Shown here: positions 40,601 through 53,292 of the stretch, piece by piece
How the letters are laid out: every line of letters begins with the position of its first letter
How positions within the stretch are numbered: position 1 is the first letter of the stretch
NCBI RefSeq assembly: GCF_006345805.1
Contig: NC_043017.1
Location: 7,750,001-7,814,000 of the forward strand
DNA from: Octopus sinensis
Taxonomy: Eukaryota
Direction: 5' to 3'
DNA length: 64,000 nt
The notes under the pieces: model-generated
The model's database searches: none
Seen by the model: the letters and a program-made list of their open reading frames with translations, nothing else
What the model was told of the DNA's origin: nothing
Program-made: the position numbers and the translations under genes

Positions 40601-40713
40601 AAATATACATATACATTCATATGTATGTATAACATTTGTGTTTCTGTATATACACATATACACACATACAAATACTCACAAATGTTACAACTTCTAAACA
40701 AAATGTATAAATA
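40375..40713. repeat. Inverted duplication (arms 40375-40483 and 40611-40713) around a TA-rich spacer
   Basis: The reverse complement of the right arm matches the left arm apart from a few substitutions and small indels. Confidence 0.9.
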
Positions 40714-40722
40714 AGACAGTCA

Positions 40723-40783
40723 CCTGAAAGATACTAGAGCATGAAACACTTTTAGTGAATTTCATGGTCTAATATCTTTCAGG
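40723..40783. repeat. 24-bp-arm hairpin with a hammerhead-like CTGAAAG...GAAA motif
   Basis: CCTGAAAGATACTAGAGCATGAAA versus TTTCATGGTCTAATATCTTTCAGG (22/24 complementary). Confidence 0.7.
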
Positions 40784-40857
40784 TCACACTATCTTGGACA
40801 AAGCCTCTATCTATGCATGTATATATATGTATGTGTGTGCATGCATGTATGTGTCTG

Positions 40858-40927
<70 letters not shown>

Positions 40928-42479
40928 TCTATCTATCTTTCTATTTATCTCTATATTTACATATGCTTGTAAGAGAGACATATGAGGCTGATATTTCTAA
41001 TTCCCATGTGATAATAACAAGTATAATTATGCTTCATATAGAAATGATGCAGATGTATGTATGTTTATATATGTGTGTATTTATGTATGTATGTGTTGGT
41101 GGTTCTGTGGATATACAGTTGATATGCATTCTCATATTGTTGGCTGCTGTTTCTTTGATGGAATTTGACAAGCTGCAGACTATTCCATGCAGAGATCTGT
41201 TCTTGAAAAATTATAACCATTAATACAAACGTTGGTTATTTGATCTTTGTAGTAAATGTTCTGTGGATATACCTTTTGACAAGGAAATATTTATAGATCT
41301 GAGAACTATTTGGAATCTACACTTTTTATTTTTATTTTAAATATATTTCTTATTGCAGTAGCAGCAGTAGTTGTAGAATGCGAGAAAGTTTTCTGTAAGA
41401 GCATGTGTGATTGACAGATTATGGATGAATACAGCATAAGAGCTTATTGTTAAGTCTGGTAATTTCTTCCAATTAAGTGAATTCCAGCAGCAGTCCAAGA
41501 CTTTCCCTTTCTCTCTCTCATATGTATGTGTGTGTGTCTATGTGTCCATGTGTATGGATGTGTGTCTATGTATCCGTATGTTTATGTGTGTGTGTGTATG
41601 TGTGTGTGTGTTTGTGTGTGTGTATCTATGTGTGTATGTGTGTCTATGTATGTACTTATGTTTACCAGTGTAAACGGGTCTGTCCAGTTGAGTCCCTTTA
41701 TGTTGAAACCAAAACTAGTGGTTTGTTAAAATAAGTATCAGACTGAAACAAGTACTGAGGGTGAAATGACCGACTGAAACCCATGAAGGTAGTGCTCCAG
41801 CATGGTCACAGTTCAAGTTCTGAAACCTTTAAAAAAATAACAGTATATAGATGTGTTTAACCAGGACAGTGTACACACCAGGATATACTGTACACACTTG
41901 TGCATATGTAACTGGTATATTATACACTTTAAGGTGTATATATATGTATTCAACCAATACCTTGTGTGTGTTCATACATGCAGATATATACTATCAACGA
42001 TGTAGTCTCTGCATGGTTGCATTGAACTGCTAGAAATAATGCCCAAATCTCGTTCAAATCGTTTCCTATTGACTTCAGAAAAGGAAAACTATATTGGGTA
42101 ATGTAGATTTAGAGATGTTACCTCTGGGGGAGGAATGGTCATAACTGGAATGCATTTGATAATAGGTTTGTTTGATTGAAGCTGGCCTGGGATCAAAAAC
42201 AACAACAACAACAACAACCACCACCACCAATGTTTTGTATAAATCTAGGTGTGTATAACTGATTTCAAACTTAAGCATAAAACCAAAGGGAATAACTGAT
42301 TAAATTGTTCCCTTGTTTAAGACTGGTACTTTATTTTATCGACCCTGGAAGAATGACAAGAGTCTACCTGTTTGAGAATTGAATTTAAGAATGTAAAGGT
42401 TGTAACTAAATATAGATAATACTATCTGATCCTTTACTGATTCTACCATTTCTCTACTTCTCAATCAATTAGATCAACC

Positions 42480-42720
42480 ATTTCTCTTCCTGAGTACAAT
42501 ACTGAGTAAAGACTCTATCTATTTTTCTACGTCTGCCTTTTAGTCCACCTGTTGTCATTTATCCTCTTGATGTGTCCAGCTCAACTCCATTTCAAAGGTT
42601 TTTATAAACTCAACAATCTCATATAGTTTTATTTGTTTTTTCATCTATTTTTCTTATTCTCTGGACTTTCTATGTTTTCCAAGCTTAATACTTTTGTGAT
42701 TGTGTTGTGTTGTTCTAAGT
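42480..42720 (-). mobile_element. RTE-clade LINE C-terminal fragment
   Basis: Minus strand TGGAGTTGAGCTGGACACATCAAGAGGATAAATGACAACAGGTGGACTAAAAGG reads WS*AGHIKRINDNRWTKR (cf. W.WAGHI.R..DNRWTK). Confidence 0.7.
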
Positions 42721-43399
42721 TTGCTTGTTGGTTGAATTTCCAGATGATTTTTCTTGGATTTTACCAAATGATTTTCTAAAATTCACCATACGTTCTTGGA
42801 TTTTACCAAATTAAATAAAGAAAACATGACTAACCTTATTTTATACAAAACAAAAAAATAATAATAAATTATTGTTTCTCCTTCTTCATTGATATATAGT
42901 TTGGTTTCCTCCAGGTTTATTTTTTTTGTCATTTTAAAAAAATTTTATTTTCAAACAATTTTTCAGATAGTTGCCATTCTGAACATGTATTTTTTTTAAA
43001 GACTTTTTCTCCCACATAATAAGACATTTAGTGTTTCCATACATAGTTAGGAATGACTTTTTACCTTTAACTTGTTTACCACAGAAAACCACTTTTTTTT
43101 TCTGTTGTAGTTGAAGAATGATACAATAGTAGGAAGTTTATCATTAATTTTGAGATAATTGGGAATCAGAGTTTATCTCTATTTTTTTCTTGAGAAATAT
43201 TTCTGTGGTTCTGAATTTTAATTCCGTTGCAAAGTTAACTCTCACTATTCTTTATTGATGTTTTCATACTTTTTCTTTGATAATTCTAGAAAATTTCCTT
43301 TGTCAGTGAGATAATTTAAGGTGGCTGTCCTTACACACATATTCTGGATCTAAATCTTCAAATAGCTATAAATTAGTGAATGTACTTGAACATTACATG

Positions 43400-44045
43400 C
43401 AGGAATGGCTGTGTGGTTAAGAAACTCTCTTTGCACCCACATGGTTTCAGGTTCAGTCCTACTTTGGGCAAGTGTCTTCTACCATAGTCCCAGGCTGATG
43501 AATGTCTTGCGATTGAATTTGGTAGACAGAGACTGTGTCGAAGCCTGTTGTGTGTTAGTGTGTGTTTGTTTCTTCTACTCTTTAATAACTGGTGTTAGCT
43601 TATTTATGTCCACATAAATTTGGTTCAATGCCTTGTGAGTGGATTTGGTAGACGGAAACTGAAAGAAGCCTGTCGTATATATGTATATATATGTATATAT
43701 GTGTGTGTGTTTGTCCCCGTAGCATTGCTTGACAACCGATGCTGGTGTGTTTACGTCCCTGTCACTTAGCGGTTCGGCAAAAGAGACCGATAGAATAAGT
43801 ACTGGGCTTACAAAGAATAAGTCCCGGGGTCGATTTGCTCGACTAAAAAGGCGGTGCTCCAGCATGGCCGCAGTCAAATGACTGAAACAAGTAAAAGAGT
43901 TAAAAGAGTTAAAGAGTTAAAGAGTTATAACCTAGCAGTTCAGTAATAGAGATCAATAGAATAAGTACCAGACTTTAAAAAAAAAGGTCTTCAAGGTGGT
44001 GCCCCAGCATGGTTGTAGTCCAATGACTGAAACAATTAAAAGGTA
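43400..44045 (+). mobile_element. Old family-B SINE interrupted by a young 5'-truncated copy (about 43617-43927)
   Basis: The host breaks at CACATAA|...|CCTAGCAG. The insert keeps its CpGs and has an (AAAGAGTT)n tail. Confidence 0.75.
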
Positions 44046-44334
44046 TAGGAAAGAGATGTAAGCTGTTTGTATTTTTCTTTGCTTAGTTTGACGTAAAAAT
44101 TTAATGTCTCCAGTTGAAATTTCCAGTTCTTTGGTTTGGATTTGAAAGAATTTTCCAGAAATATTTCAGTTAAGAAAAATTGTTGATGCTAACCTTCATT
44201 GTCTTTGTATCTTTTAGTACTAAATTTTAAAGAAAATTGACAAGGATTCCTTTCAAATTACTGTTGTGGGAGACATGTAACCTAATGAATTCTGAATCCC
44301 TCAGCTTGAAATCATAAATTTATTTTATTTGCAT

Positions 44335-44650
44335 AACTGGCACGATGTTGGTTACGACAATGACTGTTCCAGTTGATCTGATAAACGGGACAGACTGCTC
44401 TTGAAAGTTACATGTAAGTGGCTGAAGACTTCACTGACACGTGTACCCTTAACATAGTTCTCAGGGAGATTCAGTGTGACACAGAAATTGACAAGGCTGG
44501 CCCCTTTGAATTAAAGGTACAACTCATTTTTGCCAGCTGAATGAATTGGAGCAGTGTCTTGCTCAAGGACACAATGCAGTGTTTGGAATTGAACTCACAG
44601 TCTTATGATCTTGAACCAAATACCGTAACCACTAAGCCATGTGCCTTCAC
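44335..44650 (-). mobile_element. tRNA-derived SINE (another family; partial relative at 22795-22915)
   Basis: Minus-strand head GGCACATGGCTTAGTGGTTA...GAGTTCAATTCC...TGTGTCCTTGAGCAAGACAC. Confidence 0.7.
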
Positions 44651-45659
44651 TTTACAATTGGATTCTGTAAACTTTCTATTATTGTAGGTGGTGAAGTCAT
44701 CTCATCTCTCAATACTACTGATATAAAAATTATTACTGGTTATTGACTCCCTTTTTTGTTTTTACTATTTGCTGAAGTGATAAATTGAGCATGGCTGAGA
44801 TGTAGGATCTTTTTAGGATCAGTCTGGCTAAATTCTTGAAATGCTACATATTCAGGCAATCTCTTTGGATGGTTTGGCAAACATGAATAAATGCATCTTG
44901 TTAGCTCTCCTAAGAAAGCTTGAAGTTCAAACCATGCACATAAATGCATTGAATGGTATAATCAACTGGATTCAAAACATATTAAATACTGTGGTCTTAG
45001 ACACCCTGCATCCGCCCTAAAAAAAGGACAGGACATTTATGGCCTTTCATCCTGGGTCTGCTCAATCATATTTAATCCGGAGTTAAACAACAAAAGCAAC
45101 CATCAATCAGCAAAGAAGCTCTATGTGATTGCTTTACTAGCAAGAAACAGCTGCCAAATCTTCCTCAAATCATGTTCTTCTTTCTTCTTTAGAAAGTACA
45201 TATTAGAGTCTTGATATACAATTTCTTAAAAAAGACAGATTGTCATGGCTGGAGTGCCTCTGATCATAGGTGTTCTCAATCAGGACTGACTTGTGTGGGG
45301 ACGGGACACAATCACATGCATCTATCAGTGACGAAAAGCTGTGTGTGTGTGTTTATGTAGTTGTGTGTGTGTGTGTACGTGTGTACATGTGTTGCATTGT
45401 TTTGCAAGTATTTTCTGTGTGATTGTAAATGTTCTGTATGTATTGTGTAAGTTGTGTGTGTGTGCGTGTGTGTGTGTGTGTGAGGCATGCATTTCAGTGT
45501 TATAGTGCAAAATGTTTGAAAGAAATGTCTAACCTTTAGAAGAAGTGGTTGTGTTAGAGATGTTGGAACTAATCAGAATAGCGTACAAGTTGTTCAAGGC
45601 TAATTCTTCACTGATCAACCAAACATCGCAGCTATTCAACACTCATTTTGCCCTTTTTC

Positions 45660-46270
45660 ACACTATCTTTCCTCTTACACTTTCTCTCTTCCTCTTTACT
45701 CTTTCTTTCTCTTTATTAGCTTTCTCTTTCCTCTTTCTCTTTTCTCTTTTCTCAGTCTGTCTTTCTCTTTCTCTCCCTCTTCTTTTGTTTTACTTATTCT
45801 TACATTTTATTCTGTCTTTTTTTTAACTCTCTCTGTCTTCCTCTTTTCTTTCTTTATACTTTCTCTCCACTCTTTTAATTTTCTCATTCTTTTTACTCAG
45901 TCTCCATATTTTCATTTCTCTCTCTCAGTTTTTCACTTTACTCACTCTCTCCCTCTCTTCACTCCTTTTACTTACTCTTACACTTTACTCTTTCTTTCTT
46001 TTTACTCTCTCTGTCTTTCTCTTTACTCTCTCTCTCTTTCTCTTTATGCTTTCTCTTCTCATTTTGTCATTCTTTTTACTCAGTCTCCATATATTCATTT
46101 TTCTCTCTCAGTTTTTCACATTACTCACTCTCTCTTTCTCTTTTTACTCTACTCACTCTCTCTTTCTCTTTACTCTCTCTCTTTCTCTTTTCTCTTTCAT
46201 TCCTGTTTCCCTTCAATGTAGCTTCTACTGTCTTTCATTCTCTTTGTCCTTCTTCAACTCCTTTTCTCTT
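45660..46270. repeat. About 600-bp polypyrimidine (CT-rich) tract with an internal ~180-bp-period duplication
   Basis: CATTCTTTTTACTCAGTCTCCATAT...CTCTCTCAGTTTTTCAC at about 45886 and 46068. Confidence 0.8.
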
Positions 46271-46769
46271 TTTAACAATCTTGTAAGAGAAGACATCACA
46301 CATGCACTTACACAACTACACACACTTGTGCACACATCCATGCATGTGAACAAACAGGTACATATATGCATGTAAGCACATTCATGCATGCATACAGTTA
46401 TGCACATATATGCACTTCAACAATCTATCAACACATATACATATATAAATTTACATGTGCACACACATGTATGCAGGCAAAAACTGCATATACACACAGA
46501 CCAACACACAGCACACACATTGGCCATATGATGTGCCACCTACTAATCATATGCATGCATGCACACACACAGGATAGATGCAGAAACATTCTTTTACACA
46601 CACACACTCCTACACATTCACTCACATACATATATCACCACATGTACTCCGGCGTACATGCTTACTCCCCCAAAACATTTTTCTGTACACTCACTCCAAG
46701 CACACACACACACAAAATGAGGTAATGTTCTACTGTTGTTACCAGAAATTTCCATGATATTTCACTATA

Positions 46770-47150
46770 GGCACAGGTGTAGCTGTGTAATCAGAAGTTT
46801 GCTTCCCAACCGCATGGTTCTGAGCTCACTCCTACTGTGTGGTACCTTGGGCAAAAGTCTTCTACTATAGCCTCAGGCCAACCAAAATCTTGAAAGAAAA
46901 CTTAGTTGACAGAAACTGAAAGAAATCAGTCCTATGGGTGTGTTTGTGTTTGCTCCCCACTACTGCTTGACAAATGATGTTGGCGTGTTTACATCCCTAT
47001 AACTTTGCAGTTTGACAAAAGAAACTGATGGAATAAGTACAAGGCTTCAAGAAGCAAAATGTACTGAGGTCGATTCATTTGACTAAAATTCTTGAAGACA
47101 GTGTCCCAACATGGCTGCAGTCTCATGACTGAAACAAGTAAAAGATAAAA
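46770..47150 (+). mobile_element. Family-B SINE
   Basis: Head, core and 3' end recognisable. Confidence 0.75.
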
Positions 47151-47950
47151 ATCTGCTTCTGATGTCCCTGTTTCATTAGGAACCACTTCATGTATCAGTT
47201 CTGATTCTAGAAACATCTTGAAGGTTTCTTTTTAAAAAGCAACCACACCCTCCCCATCATCCAGCCATCTAAGAATTACACCGGAAAATTCTAAGTGAAA
47301 ATTAATGAAGAAAAGTGAATGAATGTCATTACTTATTTTGGTTGGTTTATTGGCAGGATTGGTAGAATACAAGACAAAATACTTTCAAGTAATTTAGTTA
47401 AAACCAGAATCAGACAAAAACAGTAAGAATCTGATTCTGAAATATCAAACCTTTTCCTTTCCTCATCATAGCAACTACATTTATTTTAATTACCATACTT
47501 CCTCTTCAGCTATTTATATTACCTTTGCTGTCTGAATTTAACACTTTGCCTTCTTCCATCAGCTTTGCCTTTCTTTCCCCCGGCTTTGATATAAACTAAA
47601 ACACCTCAAAAAGCAATACCCAATAGTTAGTTTTTTGAATGATTTAATCAGCTATTTGTTCTACTCTCAAGCATTCCTTGTATTGTATTTACATTAAATA
47701 TCATTATCTTCTTTGCTATTAAAATTTGAAGAACAGTGATACCACCCAGGTAGCGTGCACTTTAGCATGCTACCTGGGGAGCCCTTGAGTTTGCCTTCCC
47801 ACACCAGCAATACAATTTTTACAGGCTTATACAACAGACCTTAAAGTGCTGCCCCTATAAAAGCATCACCTGAGGCAGATTGCTCCCCCTCCCTGACAAC
47901 TTGCTATACTCCTGCAGAAGTTCAGCCATTATTATTAGTTTATGTTAGAA

Positions 47951-48243
47951 CGGTGGTTCTCAACCAGGGTCCACATGATCCCCTGGGGTTCATATAAGAT
48001 TTGGTGGGGTCCATGAAAAAATTTTGCTTTAGATCTATTGATTACAAAAAACAGCTGGGTTTCTTTCTCTAATGTTTTACAAAGTTCAGCCTCCACAAGT
48101 AAATGTATGAAAGACAAAACAGGAAATTTGAAAGAAGTATCTATAAAACTAGTTTTTGAACATCAAATGTCTATGAGGGTCCACCAGAGTAAAATAGTAA
48201 TCAAAGGGGTCCATAGGTAAAAAAAAATAGTTGAGAACCACTG
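47951..48243. mobile_element. hAT (Charlie-like) MITE (293 bp)
   Basis: TIRs CGGTGGTTCTCAAC / GTTGAGAACCACTG; 8-bp flanks TGTTAGAA / TGTTGGAG (6/8). Confidence 0.8.
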
Positions 48244-48289
48244 TGTTGGAGAATTAATTCAATCAAATTAGCCCTCACTTTCCCAATGC

Positions 48290-48700
48290 TGGGTAAAGGA
48301 TCTTCCATATATTTCTCCATAACCTTCAGTTTTGAGTTTCTGATCCCCAATTTTTGTGAAACATAATCTAATTCATTTCTCTGTCTTCTTTGTTATTGTC
48401 CTCTGTTTCTTTAACATTTTATTGAAATCCGGTCTGTTAGCTTTTACAACTTTTTTACTGTCACTCTTCTTCTAGGACAGGTCCAGCTCCATTCTGTTTC
48501 CACTGCCTTCTAAGCTTGATAATATCATTTAGTTTTGTTTGTTCTTCAATCCATCTGATTGTTTTATTGTCCTTCTTTTTATGTTATTGCAAATATAATG
48601 TGTTTCTAGCCATGTTGAGCTCTTCTTAGCTTGTTTGTTAGGTTCCGTTTTCTGCACCATAAAAAAATTGCTTATAGGATGATTCACTGCAAAACCATCT
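48290..48700 (-). mobile_element. RTE-clade LINE RT C-terminal fragment
   Basis: Frameshifted minus-strand remnants resembling YGAE.W.LT....KLRRAQ...WI.EQTKL.DII....WAG. Confidence 0.6.
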
Positions 48701-48764
48701 TTGAAGGCTTAGGGTAATTATTAGTATTTAAGCGCTCACACATGTGCACACACACACTCTATCA

Positions 48765-48799
<35 letters not shown>

Positions 48800-48844
48800 C
48801 CATACACATGCATGCACACACACATTTTATTTTAAAGGGAAAAC

Positions 48845-48935
48845 GTTGACAGTAACTTTAAAGTTTCAACTCAGTTGCTCTCATTAGATTTTCTGACAAG
48901 GGCAGCTTAGCTGAAACTTCAAAGTTACTGTTAAC
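48845..48935. other. Head-to-head pair of degenerate hammerhead-like motifs (43-bp inverted arms, 5-nt spacer)
   Basis: Plus: CTGACAA-N13-GAAA-CTTCAAAG-TT. Minus: CTAATGA-N13-GAAA-CTTTAAAG-TT. Arms are 34/43 identical; 8 of the 9 differences are transitions. Confidence 0.5.
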
Positions 48936-49061
48936 TTCTTTTGCTTGTTAAAATAAATTGCAGGATTACTCATTAATTGAGGGATCACTCAAATGACATG
49001 AGCAATCCTTCAATTAATATTTGTTTATAAATATATAACTACGCTTAAAAACAAATAAATG

Positions 49062-49107
<46 letters not shown>

Positions 49108-49811
49108 CGTGTGTGTATATGTATGTATGTATCATTCTTAGTTCTCATAGGGTTGAATTTATTTAGGGGTTCTTGGTTTCTTGGTGATTTTATTGTTTAC
49201 ATTATTCCATACATTGATATTGCCTGATTGTCCTTTGTAGGGATTCTTATTCTAGTTTATGAAGGTTTTGTTGCATATATTATTCATACTCATATGAATT
49301 GCAATTCTGTTTGGTAGAATGGAAAAACATTTATCGGAATCTTTGTCTATGAGAATCACCACTTGTTTTCTGGTTATGCAGACTGGAAACAAGAAACTGA
49401 GTAGCAATTCATACAGACTCAGCTTTGAAATAATTTTATGTGCGCGCGCGCGCGTGTGTGTGTATATGTATGTATATATATATGTATATATATATGCATG
49501 TATATATATGTAATGTATGTATATATATTTATTTTATGTTGATTCAAAAGCATCAAATTCAGAAGATGAAAAAAAAAAAAAATTATCTAGCTTTAGATCT
49601 TTTCATAGAAAGCAGAATAATAACATTGAAGCTATTAGATGTTATTGGAAAAAGTTTGTATTGGATTAATTAGATAATATATACAACAATTACAAATAAC
49701 GATTTAGTTTCTGATTGCTTTCTTGTATCCAGTCATATACTGCTGTTGTTGTGGGGAACATTTTTATGTTGCAGTTGCTGTATATTGCAGTTGTTGTACA
49801 TTACACACACA

Positions 49812-49850
<39 letters not shown>

Positions 49851-51499
49851 ATATCTTGTAGTTACATAATTGCAGTTGTTAGATAATGCAGTTATATATG
49901 ATTACCACCCATATGACTTATATATTTTACAAGGTAAAAAGACTGATAGTAACTTGGCTTACTAGCCATCATTTGACTATGTAAAAATTAATAAACCTAA
50001 AAAGTACTACTAAAATATTACTTTAGTATTAAACGGTTTGAGTAATCCTTCAATAAAATGTTAAATTGTTTTTATATATAACTTCACTTAAAAACAAGCT
50101 AATATATGTAGTACGTTGTTGATTTTATGTGTGTGTGTGTGTGCATGTGCGCGCGTGCGTATTGTGGTTGATGTTTTTTTCCTTTGGGATTGTGGTAAAA
50201 TATCCATCTGATAAACTCCTATTTGGGTGAAGATTTAGTTGAGGTCCTCATCATCATCATAATTCTTATGTCCACTTTCCTTGCTGGATTGGATTGGACA
50301 GGTTGTCATGGTTTGAACCAGTTCTTCAGAGTTACTGTCTTCATAGATGAGCTGGAGGACTATATCTTGTTTGAAAATTTCAGTTTTTGGTATATTTTCT
50401 ACAGCTGGTTGCCCTTCCACACACCAACCTCTCTATTGGGTACATTTATTGCTAATATATATGAATATATATATATGAAAATATATGTATTATTTAGACG
50501 GATGCATTACCAGAGATTATTGGTAAAATAATTTGGATGCATAACTAGTATAATTGGTAAAATTAGTATTGGTTTGGTGGTTTGAGATAGTTTAAGTGAA
50601 GACGCATTAGGAGATTGTTATCTCTATTTGCAAGCCAATAATGGAACCTCTATGTGGTTACCTGGTTTTCTAGAAATAGCAGACAAATCTGTTTTAAATT
50701 GAGGTATACTATTTTGAAGATGGAAGGACACATAGGATAATGTAGTCCTCAATGCAACATTTCTGAATAAAAGATGACATGTGATCACAGCTGGATTGTA
50801 CAAGTAAGAAGACAAAATGTTATCTGAGTGAGGCAGACATGCAGATAGTAATATTTCATGGATGTAAAGACAGTGTTGTGACTAGATTGTGGGTTGCACC
50901 ACGATATAGACAGACCAAAGATTTAAAAGCACAAGCCAATGAAACATGTTATTGTTCTGTCGTAGGTAACTTTGAGTGGATTATTGTTTAAAAGCATCTC
51001 AGCTTTGACCTTTCAGCCTTATATGTAGGTTATGTAAGGCTACATTACCTTTTGTCTTTTATATAAAATGGTAGGTAAGATTTGAAGAAGATTTGGATGC
51101 TATTTCTTGTAGGTTGAGTGCTCACATAACTGTTCTTTGTTTGGCTAGAATCACTCTCAAAAAACCCTCACAAAGTATACTGTTGTGTTAGTACTGATTA
51201 AGCTGACAGTATAGTTAGTGGAGTTCCAGTTGTGACCATCCTGTCTTTTAATATATCCAGAACTACATTCATCAAATGAATCCTTTCTGTCTTTTTCTTT
51301 TAAAGACAATTGAGTGCAAATTTAGTGGGGATTTGGTTGCTATCTTTAGCATGTTGAGCAACAATGTAGAGGCTTTCTTGTTGAACTCATGGTGGTGCTG
51401 TTGATAATAATGATGTATGATTGTAGGTGTATGTGAGTTATATCTATAGAGCTATTGTGTATTGTAAAAATCTGCTCTCTTGCTCTTCCATGTGTGTGT

Positions 51500-51530
<31 letters not shown>

Positions 51531-53120
51531 TGTGTGTGTGTGTCGTGTGTGTGTGTGTGTCGTGTGTGTGTGTGTTCAAAATTGAATTTGACTTTCGTTG
51601 CATTTCCTGACAAAAGAGACTTTGAAAGATATTATTTCTTAGAATCCTATTGATTGGAAACAGTTTACTACATGTTTACTCAAGTATTTGAACTGAGCAG
51701 TTAATGTGACTACTGTTGTTGTTGTTGTTGTTGTCTTTCAATTTATATTTGCTATTTTTGTCCCCCCACCCCTACACCACACACTATAACCGCTTACATT
51801 CTTTTTCCATAAAACTTAGCTATCTCATAAAAATGGAAGATTTTTCGAAACAAATTCATTAAACTTACAACATAATATATATTTATGACGAACTTCTTAA
51901 TTTAATACATTGATACCAATTTGATATTTATGTATTTCTCCTTTAGTTTTTCAGAAGATTTTGTATATTTTTTCTTTTTTTTTTTCTTCTCCAAAACATT
52001 GACTTCTTTCTTTTTTCTTTCTTTTTTTTTTTTACCCCCAAAGTTCCTATTTTGAACTTTGCAATATCACAACAACTGAAATGTTTATTATAAACATTGG
52101 TAGAACTTGCAACCTACTATTTATTGCAAGTTGTAATTAATTAAACAAGATAGAAACGGTTTATTTGATGTATGGATTGCAAAAGAGAAGATCTTAATGT
52201 TAATTGAAGACAAAATTGTTGGCTATCAACTTTGGCAGAGAATCAAACAGAATCACTCTTCTTCTTGCCTGAGTAGAATAAACCGATAATAGACAACCGT
52301 TAGGAGAATTGTGTGATAAATTGAACAGAGTTTTGTTTTGGTGTTTGTATGCTTTTTCTTCTTCTTCTAAAGATCTACCTAAAGTTTGCTACCAAATAAT
52401 TATCTTGTTTCCAGTTATATTGTAAACTAGTATTTAGGACGACAGTTTAACTATATCTGCGCCACACACACACAGTTTAAAAGAAGAGATATAAAACCAG
52501 CAGTAAAACTTAATTTAGTTGAGATAAATGTATGTATTTAAAGGTTTATTTGGGTGTGAAATGACATTTTTAACCAATCACTTTGACGATAGCATTATAT
52601 GTGTGTGTGCACATTATATATGTATTATATATATATATGTATGTATGTATGTATTATATATATATATATACATTATATATCTGTTATATATATATAAATA
52701 TATATGTATGTATGTATGTATGTATATATGTATGTATGTATGTAGATGTACACACACACACAAAACATTATATTCATTTAAAATATCCATCATTCTTTCT
52801 ACATTGAGAACACTGACCATGAATGTCAATCACTCTATAGACATTTCATTAGAATTATTCTTCAGTCTGAGTTCAAAAACTGATACAAATCTGTTGACTA
52901 TTTTAAGAAACACACCCCAAACACAGGAATACTATTAAATTCTTATAATTAAATTTTTGTTTGTTTGTTACATAATCCTGTTTTTTTCCCCCTTTCTCTT
53001 CTACTCTGTATATTTCCAAATGTACAATATGGTGCAGGATAAACTTGATTGCTTGGAAATCTCCTGTAGAGTTTGGATCTATTGTGGCAGACAGTTTTAT
53101 AGCCATTTCAGTGTGGATAT

Positions 53121-53156
<36 letters not shown>

Positions 53157-53263
53157 ATGACTTTGGTAAATCTAGATAAATTCATGTCATGGTGAGATGA
53201 AAATCTTGATGTTTTCACCCAAGTTTCCTTTGCTGGTGAAGGGAAAAATTTATCTTTTTCTCT

Positions 53264-53292
53264 CTGATGAAGCATTTTGCTGAAATTACATA
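53264..53292 (+). other. Hammerhead-like core with intact CTGATGA / stem II / GAAA, but no convincing stem I
   Basis: CTGATGA-AGCA-TTT-TGCT-GAAA. Confidence 0.3.

Noticed and set aside
47745-47778. 14-bp hairpin CCCAGGTAGCGTGC / GCATGCTACCTGGG
   Set aside because: Internal to a hAT-type MITE copy; most simply a local duplication in a repeat.
52362-52400. TTCTAAAG|ATCTACCT as the next SCAI exon (DLP)
   Set aside because: Wrong phase for the phase-2 donor, and it continues KFATK-stop rather than QYG.
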